Shown: positions 37,408 to 47,147 of the stretch, piece by piece
How the letters are laid out: every line of letters starts with the position of its first letter
Numbering within the stretch: position 1 is the first letter of the stretch
Made by a program: the position numbers and the translations under genes
Virus record (IMG/VR): IMGVR_UViG_3300042258_000071
Location: 160,001-224,000 of that record
From: a virus
Taxonomy: Duplodnaviria; Caudoviricetes
Strand: one strand, 5' to 3'
DNA length: 64,000 nt
The notes under the pieces: model-generated
Told to the model about the DNA's origin: nothing
Seen by the model: only the letters and a program-made list of their open reading frames with translations
The model's database searches: none

Positions 37408-39957
37408 TTATAGATTTGCATATGTTTTAAGAACAACATGATCGTTATAATGGGTTGGTGTTAAAATATTCTTATCACTTAAAACAAGAATGTCTGAATT
37501 AGATAACCCTGACCATATGGCGGAGTGATGATTAACAATGAACATTTGAGAGACAAGATTTTGATCCACAATCTCAGTAAAAAGTGTGAGAAGGTTTTGC
37601 TTATGATAGTGATCAAATCCCTTTCCAATCTCATCAAGACTGATAGGATATTTTGAAAGATTAAGGTGATAAATAACCGATAACATAAATGCTAAGTCTA
37701 TCATTTCCTTTTGAGCATCGGAACATAGTGAGATATCTGGAACAATAATGTCTCCAGATTGTGCTTTGAATTTATAATCTAAAGGATCATGAAGATCCAC
37801 TGGGATGACTTCAAAAGGATAACTAAATACTAAATCAATATAGAGATTCATTCTTTCAATGAGACTATTTACAAACGATACAGTATATTTGTGAGGAATG
37901 CCATCTTTGGGAGATAATGCTTTTTCAATATATTCTAATTTCTCTTTCTTTTTTAAGATTTTCTTGATTTGATGTTTGATTTCACCTGTATATTTAGCAG
38001 AGAGAATTTCTTGATGACGCAAAGTGTGATCAATAACCCCCATGCGTTTGAGGTAATGATCTTTGGCATCTTGACCAATGTCTAAAAGATCGCAATATAA
38101 ATCTTTAAGATGTGACTGTCTTGAGATTTCATAGAAGGTGTCTAGCTCTATAGAGGTATCATCCACCCATTTTAAGGTATCTTCATATTCACATAATTTA
38201 GAATACAAATGTTCATAATACGCAATGTCATTTGTGGTACGATCTTGTTTACACCTTAAAGTGTTTAGAGTGACCATTTTTTCATTAAGAAGATTTTCTG
38301 TAAATGTAATTTCTGAAGTATCTGTCTTCTCAAGTTTCTCTTTTATCTCGAGTTTATTAAGGTATTCAGCTTTAAGATCTTCAACTTCATAAAAACATTG
38401 AGATCCTTCATAATGCGCATGTAAAATATGATAGATATGCACAGGGTTAGATTGAAGTGTATTTAAAAGCTTTAACCCCTCTAACTTAGAATTTAGTTCA
38501 GGATACTCTCGTAATAAGGTTACAATATCTAAAATCTTAGGGACATAAGGATGTTGTTCTTGAAGTTGTTCTGAGAGATGGTCAACATAGAACTGACGTC
38601 GTTTTAATTTATGATCAATTTTTCTTAAAGCTTCTTTTAATTTAGAGAGCTTATCATGTACAACATCATGTTTTAAAACAAATGCCGAATATAAAGGACA
38701 TATGTCAAAAGAACAGTTAGTTTTAGGAAGGTCATCTAGTGAAATGTCTAACTCTCGCGATAAGTCCTGACATTGAGAAGTATAGTGATCTCTTTGACCT
38801 TCTAAGATTTTAATCTGTTCACTTCGTCTATAAAGACTGTTTTGTTTTAGTTTCAATTTCCCACTTTGAAGAAGGGCTGTTGAGATCCCAATAAAAAAAG
38901 ATGTTAAAGACTGTAACATATCAATCTTTTCTTTAAGAACAGGGAGACGTGTACGTGTGAAAGGGTCAGTGATATCGGATATACATTGAGATTTTAAAGA
39001 GATGGTTGCTCGTAAGGTCTCTAATGTATTTTCAAGGTCTTGAGTATCTTCTTGATCTTTAAGACGCTCCAATACATCTTGGTATCTAGAGATTTCTTCA
39101 ATCAGCGTTGTAATTTGTTCGAAATACATACTGTCGTGAGCTTTGAGAGTATCTATCTTGGATCTCGTGTCTTCTTTTTGAAAGATAATATCTTCTCTAG
39201 GAACCTCTTTAAATATAGAAAGATTTTTATAAACTTTCTGACATTGAGCTCGAATCTGATCAAGATCTATGTTACATGAAGTTTCAGTTTTAAGAACGGA
39301 TATCTTCTCTTCAAGTTGATAAAGAGTTTTAATAACTCCTTTTAAATGTGTATCGATTTCTTCTCGTTCATCTACGAGTTCTGTTAAGATCTCTTCACTT
39401 AACAATTCAGACCTTAACTCAGCTTCGCGTTCATGTAGCATTGTTAAGTTATTTTTACACGCTTTTATCTGGGATGATATTTTTTTATGATACTCTAAAA
39501 TAAACTCAATGGAGTAAAGATTGATAAACATTAAGATGTTCTTACGATGACCAGGGGCCATCATGGTTAGTTGGTATTTTCCAGTAACAATATCTTCAAC
39601 ACGTTTAGTGTAAGATAGATGTGATCTTACAAGATCTTCTTGTACAGAGGTCGTACCCGATTCGTTAAGTTCTTTACCATCTTTTAAAAAAGAGTGAGAA
39701 TGACTTTTAATTCGGAAATCTGATGTCAGAACGTAAATATGTCCTTCATGACTTAACTCGATCTTCTTATATCCAAAATTAAAATAATCTGACCGGTTCG
39801 CAGGGAGAGGACTACATTCTCTTAAAAGAGATGACTTACCAGATCCATTTGTTCCTAAAATAAGTTGAACAACAGAGTCAGTATCTAAGGTCAATGTTTC
39901 AATACCAAACGAAGAGAAGGCTTTAAGCTGATGAAGTTCGATTTGAATATATTTCAT
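37408..39957 (-). CDS. sbcC: SbcC/Rad50-like SMC ATPase
   Basis: GTNGSGKS, long coiled coils with central Cys pair, SDAQ signature, ISLDE, H-loop. Confidence 0.9.
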   Translation of the reverse strand: MKYIQIELHQLKAFSSFGIETLTLDTDSVVQLILGTNGSGKSSLLRECSPLPANRSDYFNFGYKKIELSHEGHIYVLTSDFRIKSHSHSFLKDGKELNESGTTSVQEDLVRSHLSYTKRVEDIVTGKYQLTMMAPGHRKNILMFINLYSIEFILEYHKKISSQIKACKNNLTMLHEREAELRSELLSEEILTELVDEREEIDTHLKGVIKTLYQLEEKISVLKTETSCNIDLDQIRAQCQKVYKNLSIFKEVPREDIIFQKEDTRSKIDTLKAHDSMYFEQITTLIEEISRYQDVLERLKDQEDTQDLENTLETLRATISLKSQCISDITDPFTRTRLPVLKEKIDMLQSLTSFFIGISTALLQSGKLKLKQNSLYRRSEQIKILEGQRDHYTSQCQDLSRELDISLDDLPKTNCSFDICPLYSAFVLKHDVVHDKLSKLKEALRKIDHKLKRRQFYVDHLSEQLQEQHPYVPKILDIVTLLREYPELNSKLEGLKLLNTLQSNPVHIYHILHAHYEGSQCFYEVEDLKAEYLNKLEIKEKLEKTDTSEITFTENLLNEKMVTLNTLRCKQDRTTNDIAYYEHLYSKLCEYEDTLKWVDDTSIELDTFYEISRQSHLKDLYCDLLDIGQDAKDHYLKRMGVIDHTLRHQEILSAKYTGEIKHQIKKILKKKEKLEYIEKALSPKDGIPHKYTVSFVNSLIERMNLYIDLVFSYPFEVIPVDLHDPLDYKFKAQSGDIIVPDISLCSDAQKEMIDLAFMLSVIYHLNLSKYPISLDEIGKGFDHYHKQNLLTLFTEIVDQNLVSQMFIVNHHSAIWSGLSNSDILVLSDKNILTPTHYNDHVVLKTYANL

Positions 39958-40152
39958 AATCCCTCAAATATCTGGGTAACCTATGTATAAGATCATTCTC
40001 CCTGCGAATCTTTTAATCCCGTATATACATACTTATATATGTTACAGTATCTACTATATGAAGACACCTACAGAAGTGTCTATTTTTTAAACCAACATTT
40101 AAATACATTCATTAGGGCCTATTTAGAGGTATCGATATAAGGAACGCGGGCA

Positions 40153-40815
40153 ATGACAGACTATCGCTCAATAACTTTTCACTGTGAAGAAGATGGTTAT
40201 CTTTCTACTGTTTTTGAAAAAAAGAATGGACAGAAAGAAGTACATCCCTATAAAACAGAACATTGTCTTTATAAATCACCTAATATTGCAAGATCTCTAC
40301 CAATAACAGATCAAGTATGCCCTTTCTGTAAAGGACTTGTAACTTTAACACATGACGATCATGCCTATTGTTTAAATCTCAAATGCCCAGGGGCATACAT
40401 GCCCACCTTAACACTTCAAAGTCTAATGCTTCAACTCCCACCAGATCTTCATGAGGTCATCTGTAGTTTAGGGATGAAAAATCCTCATTTAGAGTTTTCC
40501 GATTTTCTAAATTTAGCAGATGATCAAGTTAAGAAGTCTTATAAGAAAATTCTTCTCCAAAATATCAAAAGTCTATCTGGAACAGATTTTATGACATTTA
40601 TGCGACTTCCTAAGTTTGTGATTGAAGATCTTACTACAGATTGTCAGCCGATGCTTAGCAGTCCTATTGAAGTCTACCATGCGATTACATCTGGTCAGTT
40701 TAAGATGGATAAACTAACACATCCATCTTCTTTTGGATTGGCACTGTCATCGTTTGGAATTGTGAATCGAGGTTATGTTTTACGTTTTCTCGATACTACC
40801 ACGCGCGTACGTTAA
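40153..40815 (+). CDS. LigA-C-terminal-like Zn-finger/HhH-like protein
   Basis: CPFCK...YCLNLKCP; FSDFLNL; LLQNIK....DFMTFMRLP. Confidence 0.6.
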   Translation: MTDYRSITFHCEEDGYLSTVFEKKNGQKEVHPYKTEHCLYKSPNIARSLPITDQVCPFCKGLVTLTHDDHAYCLNLKCPGAYMPTLTLQSLMLQLPPDLHEVICSLGMKNPHLEFSDFLNLADDQVKKSYKKILLQNIKSLSGTDFMTFMRLPKFVIEDLTTDCQPMLSSPIEVYHAITSGQFKMDKLTHPSSFGLALSSFGIVNRGYVLRFLDTTTRVR

Positions 40816-40836
40816 AATTCATAGAGCTTTAACGTA

Positions 40837-40852
40837 TATATTACCATTATGA
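40837..40852 (+). promoter_or_regulatory. Early promoter TATATTAC-N5-TGA
   Basis: TATATTACcattaTGA. Confidence 0.8.
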
Positions 40853-40915
40853 TTCGCCATATTTTAAGGCGTGTCTATCCGGATACAAAAAACATCTCAT
40901 TAGGAGAGTTACATA

Positions 40916-41437
40916 ATGAGCGATAAAGAAAACCAGACCCCAAAAGAAATGACTGAAGGGGAATCCTCGGCCGTTGAATTTATCAATTCAAAGGCAACCT
41001 TTGACACCAAGAAGGATACCTTCTCAGTATCCCGTAAAGAGTATTACGCGTACGGAGCACAACGGGGTGTTCCCCAGGAAATGTTCCAGTCTGTAAAAGA
41101 CGTGGATCAAGATCTTGGATCAGCAGCTATCCGAGTTGCTGCTGATAAATTGGCAGTAAAAGTCAAAGACGCGTTAAAGAAAGGTGAGGACCCGAAGGAC
41201 CTGGAATTCTCGGGTACGATTCAGACCGCGATTGGGAAGATCAGTGCACGCGTTATGGCGGAGCGTGTTCGGACCGTTCCAAAACGTGTAGATAAGGATG
41301 GTAATGTTCTATCCGAACAATCTACCATCACAAAACACGGGCCATCATCTCTACAGGTTATTGTGTCGAAGGGTGCTAAGAAAGAACCCGGGTTATATGC
41401 CCAAGATCGGATCGCCGCTGCGATGAAAGGGAAGTAA
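40916..41437 (+). CDS. Lys-rich early protein of unknown function
   Basis: Own promoter, SD AGGAG, terminator 41472-41500. Confidence 0.85.
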   Translation: MSDKENQTPKEMTEGESSAVEFINSKATFDTKKDTFSVSRKEYYAYGAQRGVPQEMFQSVKDVDQDLGSAAIRVAADKLAVKVKDALKKGEDPKDLEFSGTIQTAIGKISARVMAERVRTVPKRVDKDGNVLSEQSTITKHGPSSLQVIVSKGAKKEPGLYAQDRIAAAMKGK

Positions 41438-41616
41438 CTCTTCTCTCCTTGACGACGACTGCAATATATAAAAGGGAGAGGGGACAATCCCCTCTCCCTT
41501 ATTCCTATTTGTTTATTTTTAGGCTTTAAAACTAAAGCATGCTTAACTATTTCATCTCTAATACTTCTAAATTTCAAGAAGTAAGGTAGAGATACAGCCC
41601 TCTTAACATATGGAGT

Positions 41617-43311
41617 ATGAGAACAATGTCATCCGTAGAAATGAAACACGACTACAGTCAAGACCTGCACCTGTCCAGTCAAAATGTAGAGATAATGCTA
41701 CAAGCCCTTTATGCATGTAGCCAGTCAATACATACCTCAATTTTCTCACAGAATTATCAATCTGGCATGGATGGGGTGTGTAACCTAAAGATTGCCGGAG
41801 ATCCATTGGAGGTAGGGGTTTATGATATTTCAGGTGAACTTGTTCTTAGTGCAGATACGCCAAAGTTTAACTTGAAAGAATCCTATCTTAAGGATCTTAA
41901 AACCCTTGTGTCTAAACATTTAGAGTCTGCGAATAACTCAGATGATTTTAATAGCAAATTTTATACTGTTAAATCCATCATTTACAATCCTGATCAACGT
42001 GAGCTAACAATACGATTTGAAGATATAACAGCGTATGATGATCTTGAAGAACTCAGACCTCCCCACCTAAGCTCATCTGGAACTAAAAAAGATCACGATC
42101 TTTCTATAAGTCCTATAAAGGCATTTACAGAAGAATCTACAGTAGAAGTAGATGACACATCTGTCCCTAAAGAGTCGTCTCCAAAAGACCTCCTCATTGA
42201 GACAGTTAAACATGTAGCATTTAACATTCTAGATCTGTCACCTGTAAGTTCTGAACTGGGCCACCTCATCTCTCCTTATGTTGAAATTAAAGATAGGTGT
42301 GATGGATCTTATATTGAACTCTTTAATGTCCATGTTAATCACGAGAGGGTTATCATGGAGGATCCGGCTCTGGTGTTAAACCGGACACCTAAATTTCTAA
42401 AAGCCATTGAGGAAAATTTCTCTTACGAAGAAAATTTTGTATCAGGTGTGCGGTACTCTCACGAATCTAAGTCTCTTAAGATCTCCTTGAAAAACTTCAC
42501 AAGACACTTTAACGACTTGAAAAAGGTTGCTGGGTGTGAAGACACCTTTACTCTTCCAGTGGCAGTAGACGCCGCAGTGAGTTATTCAGACTTGGTTTCG
42601 AATGTAGTGTATGCTTTCATCAACAGAGGTATTGTTCACGTAGAATCAGGAGATCTTCCTTGTAAATACGTTAGACAACAAGGTGTTTCAACTGTCACAC
42701 TTACGTGTCCTAAAGTCTCTATTCTAAGGGACTTTAAACCTGTAACCGAAGATGCAGAATTTCTTAGAGGACTATTGGCCGTTATTAATGTTGATATATT
42801 CTATCAACGCGCTCTGTTTTATGAATTTAAGACCTTAATGACAGCGTGGCATATAACCCTCACTTCAAATGAAGGTCTTACGATTCATTTTGTACCGAGA
42901 CCCAACGTATCAAATAGCTCTTCTGACATTAGTCATAGTGATGTACGGAGTAAAGATATTCTTTCAGAGTTTGCAATTTCATGTTACCAGACACTTGTGA
43001 GAAGAAGGATTGATAGAAAGACTGTTAAAAATCTTAAAAATGCCTCAACATACACGCATAATCCGTTTGGTACCATTTCACTAAGCATCCCCATCTATCA
43101 TCACTTACTACGGTCCCCATCCTGCAGTACTGAACTTCTAACTGCTATAAAGAAGTATAAGGATAACATGAATAATAATAAGTATACTCGATCAGAACTT
43201 AAAGCGGTATTAGGTGATAATTGTTTCGTATCGAATATCAGCATAGAAACTTACCCTAAAACAGATTATGCTTGTCTTATTCTACAGGTTAAAACCCCTC
43301 CTCGTATCTAG
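41617..43311 (+). CDS. Hypothetical protein, probably with internal domain repeats
   Basis: 564-aa ORF. Confidence 0.8.
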   Translation: MRTMSSVEMKHDYSQDLHLSSQNVEIMLQALYACSQSIHTSIFSQNYQSGMDGVCNLKIAGDPLEVGVYDISGELVLSADTPKFNLKESYLKDLKTLVSKHLESANNSDDFNSKFYTVKSIIYNPDQRELTIRFEDITAYDDLEELRPPHLSSSGTKKDHDLSISPIKAFTEESTVEVDDTSVPKESSPKDLLIETVKHVAFNILDLSPVSSELGHLISPYVEIKDRCDGSYIELFNVHVNHERVIMEDPALVLNRTPKFLKAIEENFSYEENFVSGVRYSHESKSLKISLKNFTRHFNDLKKVAGCEDTFTLPVAVDAAVSYSDLVSNVVYAFINRGIVHVESGDLPCKYVRQQGVSTVTLTCPKVSILRDFKPVTEDAEFLRGLLAVINVDIFYQRALFYEFKTLMTAWHITLTSNEGLTIHFVPRPNVSNSSSDISHSDVRSKDILSEFAISCYQTLVRRRIDRKTVKNLKNASTYTHNPFGTISLSIPIYHHLLRSPSCSTELLTAIKKYKDNMNNNKYTRSELKAVLGDNCFVSNISIETYPKTDYACLILQVKTPPRI

Positions 43312-43494
43312 GTGTTTTGAAGGTTTCTCTGTCTAGATATTTTTATAAATATAAAAAGATATATCTAGTATGTCGTAATCATCAAATCTAACAAGATAAA
43401 ATCTCATATAAGAAGGATAGGGTATTACCCTATCCTTCTTATATACCGTTTAGAAATAAAGAAAGATTAAACATAAGGAAGGAAGGACTTCTAA

Positions 43495-44298
43495 ATGTCA
43501 CATGAAGAAACATATCGTAAAATAAACACAATGGCACGTACTCTTAGAGAGAGACTTGATACTTTATTTCGTACTAGTTTACCTGAAAATAAAAATTCTT
43601 TAGATACACATCTGAGTGAACATCTAACCTCTCTTATAGTAGATGCACTTGAAAACTTAGATAAGACGTTAACACTTAATGAATATTATCTGAATAATTA
43701 TAAAATTTATGAGGGTCTTAAATTCATTCGAAATGAGTCTCCTAGTGGACAAGTTCTTTTTCTTAAGATACCTAATGCTGAGATCAGTGGTCTTAATGTT
43801 GAGACACTTGTACCGTTTGATAGGGACTCTACAGAGATGGCTTATCTTAGACATGCAGTGTGTTCTGTCTTTAAGAAATTGGAGACAGTGGACTCTTCAC
43901 AATTAATGATCGATGATGTTGACAATACGATCACATATCAGGAACATTATACCCCTTCTAATGAGGAGGATGGTGATGATGTAAGTGTAGTTCCTATTGA
44001 GCTGAATAAGAATAGTAGTTTTAAAGAAATTATGTTTGAAGGGAACGCCCTTCTTCCATCGGGTGGTGTGACATTTGGGTCTATTATTCAGTCACAATCG
44101 GATGTCTCTGTTCTTCTTAAATTTCCTTATGTTTCATCATCAAAAATCGAATCTGATACCTATGATATCTCTAAGATTATTCGCCTTGATAATGTCAAAC
44201 TTAAATATACGAGGGTAGTTTTGAACTCGTTCTTCGAAGTTGGATTTACCTATCAAAGTTCTCAGGTAGAGATCGTTGCTAAAGAGAAAATAGCTTAA
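43495..44298 (+). CDS. Hypothetical protein
   Basis: 267-aa ORF, SD AAGGA, after hairpin 43406-43444. Confidence 0.8.
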   Translation: MSHEETYRKINTMARTLRERLDTLFRTSLPENKNSLDTHLSEHLTSLIVDALENLDKTLTLNEYYLNNYKIYEGLKFIRNESPSGQVLFLKIPNAEISGLNVETLVPFDRDSTEMAYLRHAVCSVFKKLETVDSSQLMIDDVDNTITYQEHYTPSNEEDGDDVSVVPIELNKNSSFKEIMFEGNALLPSGGVTFGSIIQSQSDVSVLLKFPYVSSSKIESDTYDISKIIRLDNVKLKYTRVVLNSFFEVGFTYQSSQVEIVAKEKIA

Positions 44299-44452
44299 GG
44301 TCTTTTTAAGGTTAAGTTAGATCTTGAAGATAAGTCTTCACCTTCTAATTTTACAGTAAAATAGTCCCATATACCTTAAGATTTTGATGTCTCATATCTT
44401 TTAAAATGGGATAGTAAGGTAGGTATACGGACCTTCCTATATTAGACGGTGT

Positions 44453-44484
44453 ATAAGAGAGAGGGATTACTCCCTCTCTCTTAT
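44453..44484. terminator. Bidirectional hairpin between convergent genes
   Basis: ATAAGAGAGAGGGA-ttac-TCCCTCTCTCTTAT. Confidence 0.8.
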
Positions 44485-45123
44485 CTACATCTGAATATCT
44501 TTAACATCTTCAAGAAGAATCTTCTTTCTTTTCTTTTTTATCTTTTTAGCTGTAGGATCTATACCTTGTAAAATAAGAGGGATAAACTTTTTACAAAAGG
44601 CATAGTTAATGGCGATGGCATCTGCTTCATGTTCAGATGCTTCTTTATACTTAACTTTATCTTTAATAAGGATGTCGTTATGAGTGTTAACGGCATTATA
44701 GATATCGTCTTTTGTTGCTGTCCCTTCAAAGACAACTGCTTTAACTTCTTTAGGGGGCATCTCATAGGGGTTAATATTTAAGCTCTTATGAGCGGCTTGT
44801 CTTATGCGATCGATAACAAGTTTTAAGGAAATAAAAGCTGCAATAAAGAGATGTGCAAAGGCTCCTTCTGATACAACATAATCTGGTTTAACCCTCATCA
44901 TAATCTCTTTTGAATGATCATGGATGGCACATAGGATCGTGTATTGTTTTGCAAAGATAGGGAGCATATATTTTTTACGTTCTTTAGCAATCCTATCACC
45001 TAATATAAGATCGAATTCTAAGATTTTACATTTCCCAGTTCTAAGATTATACTCAGAGAGAGCATATCCCATTTTGTAGAGTCCTGGGTCAAATGATAAT
45101 ACGCGTATAATGTCTTTAGTCAT
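44485..45123 (-). CDS. ruvC: RuvC-like Holliday junction resolvase
   Basis: VLSFDPG..GYA, VVSE, PKEVK, ATKDD, HEADAIA. Confidence 0.9.
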   Translation of the reverse strand: MTKDIIRVLSFDPGLYKMGYALSEYNLRTGKCKILEFDLILGDRIAKERKKYMLPIFAKQYTILCAIHDHSKEIMMRVKPDYVVSEGAFAHLFIAAFISLKLVIDRIRQAAHKSLNINPYEMPPKEVKAVVFEGTATKDDIYNAVNTHNDILIKDKVKYKEASEHEADAIAINYAFCKKFIPLILQGIDPTAKKIKKKRKKILLEDVKDIQM

Positions 45124-45225
45124 TTAAATGTCCTTAATATATACTTAACATATCATCTACAGGTTAAATAGAAAAGAGAGGTGGGTTAAACCCACCTCTC
45201 TTGGATAGGACGCGTATCTATATTC

Positions 45226-47019
45226 TTAAGTGTGTGCAGGTGTAGTATGCTCCATCTGGATAGAAACAAGTTCTTGTTCAAGCATGAGTATGTCTCCTTT
45301 AAGATGTTCACTAAATGCCTGATCCATCTCTTGATAATTGGGGAGGTTAAAATATTTATGACACATAGGGATGGCGTTCTCTTCAACAGCAAGATATTGA
45401 CTGAGGTAACTGCGTACATCCTCTCGGGAGAACCCCTCGATCTCTAGGATCATAGCTCTCTTGGTCTCTCGAGAGACATTGCACATCATATCGTTATTGG
45501 GATATAGAGCACTAAAATCGATATCGTTAACATGTGGGTGAACATGGGTTTCTCGGAAGAGAGCTTCTCTTAGAACATTAGCTCCAGCTCTATAAGCCCG
45601 CTCTGCTGGAAGAACGGCACCCCCCTTCTTTGCAATATCATGTCCATCATCTCCCCAGGCTGCTGTTGCGGCTGGAACATGCATAGGGGACATGTTAATA
45701 CAATAGAAATGGATCTCATCAGCACTTCGCCTGGTTTGTTTATTGAAGTTCTGACAAGGGGTATATTTAAGAAGGGTGTTCATAGAGGCGATGTCATGAT
45801 TGATCCATCCAAGAACCTGCATCCCGATAACGTCAAAGATGCCGTATAGAATATATTCATAAGGATGCTCAGATTGCATGAAACGATGCCAGTCAGCTGT
45901 TGACATCTCATTAGCAGATGGGATTTCTTCTTTAAACTTAAGCTTCCCATCTGAGACTTTATTTTTCCGTAAAATATAATCTAAACTATAATTATTTTCA
46001 TACCCACTCACGATCCTAAGAATAGAATACAGACACATCGCATCGATCCATTGTGTATAACTAGGCCCATACAACCAATGCCATCGTCGTGATGAAATGT
46101 CTCCATGTTTACCTTTATCTACTTTAAATAAAAATTTACGATACTCTTTTGGAACTTCTTCTGGGGAAAATATTTCCGAAGGATCAACACCTGCTTGTTC
46201 ACATGTTCTTAAAATCACGGGAATATCAAATTCAATATTCCAAATGGTCATGTAATCTGTCTTATTTTTATGAAGGTTACCAAGTGTATACCGAAGGATA
46301 TCAATAGGGGTGTCTGCAATGTGGATGTGATATTTAAACTGTCTATCCCCAATAGCTTTTTGAGCCTCTTTTGAGGGGAAGATCTTTTTTTGATCTTTAA
46401 GAATACGATCGATATACCCTTCAATATTCTTAATGATTTCATCATCTGTACTTGTCGTATCTTTTTTAAAGAAACTTCTTAAAACACTTGTGTATACTAA
46501 CTCTTCATGCGTAATAGTCGCCATGATGAGTTTGCCGAAATCATCTTTAAACATAGATGTTTCAGTATCAAACCCCCCAGATGTCACACCTCTCTTTGTG
46601 AGTCCTGTTTCATTAAATTTCTTATCCATTTGATACTTAATGAGAGACTCAACACTGATATCTGTTCCATATAAGTAAGGGGATTTTGAGAGTTGTCTTA
46701 AAGATATAAATTGATTAGGGTGAAATCCATTTAAAGCTTTAAAAGCTTCTGTTGTTAATTGGTCATTATACGTAACATATTCATCTAAATTCTGAATGGT
46801 CTCCCATTCTTTCTTTTCATTATAGACAGACTGCATCCCCTTTTTAGTCACCCAGAACTTTCGTTTAGGACGATAAATTTTCTTTAAAGCAGGACGTACA
46901 GAACCATCTTCTAAATACTGATTTACCTTTACAAAAACGGCATCGTGTTTATCTGGACCAATATACTGAACATGACTACTGTGTACAAACTGTTCCCCTA
47001 GGATCTTCATCACTATCAT
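45226..47019 (-). CDS. Split family-B DNA polymerase, exonuclease plus motif A subunit
   Basis: ExoI FDTET, ExoII WNIEFD, ExoIII YGIFD, motif A DFSALYPN; no motifs B or C. Confidence 0.88.
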   Translation of the reverse strand: MIVMKILGEQFVHSSHVQYIGPDKHDAVFVKVNQYLEDGSVRPALKKIYRPKRKFWVTKKGMQSVYNEKKEWETIQNLDEYVTYNDQLTTEAFKALNGFHPNQFISLRQLSKSPYLYGTDISVESLIKYQMDKKFNETGLTKRGVTSGGFDTETSMFKDDFGKLIMATITHEELVYTSVLRSFFKKDTTSTDDEIIKNIEGYIDRILKDQKKIFPSKEAQKAIGDRQFKYHIHIADTPIDILRYTLGNLHKNKTDYMTIWNIEFDIPVILRTCEQAGVDPSEIFSPEEVPKEYRKFLFKVDKGKHGDISSRRWHWLYGPSYTQWIDAMCLYSILRIVSGYENNYSLDYILRKNKVSDGKLKFKEEIPSANEMSTADWHRFMQSEHPYEYILYGIFDVIGMQVLGWINHDIASMNTLLKYTPCQNFNKQTRRSADEIHFYCINMSPMHVPAATAAWGDDGHDIAKKGGAVLPAERAYRAGANVLREALFRETHVHPHVNDIDFSALYPNNDMMCNVSRETKRAMILEIEGFSREDVRSYLSQYLAVEENAIPMCHKYFNLPNYQEMDQAFSEHLKGDILMLEQELVSIQMEHTTPAHT

Positions 47020-47087
47020 CCTTTTTTACATATTAACTTCCGTTGTATATCATCCCTCCTGCTTATATGAAGATAAACAAAATAGAA

Positions 47088-47119
47088 ATAGAGAGAGGGC
47101 CCTAGGGCCCTCTCTCTAT
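47088..47119. terminator. Perfect 32-bp palindrome after capsid gene
   Basis: ATAGAGAGAGGGCCCTAGGGCCCTCTCTCTAT. Confidence 0.8.
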
Positions 47120-47147
47120 CATCTTCTTCGGTAAAGAAAAGAGTTTT

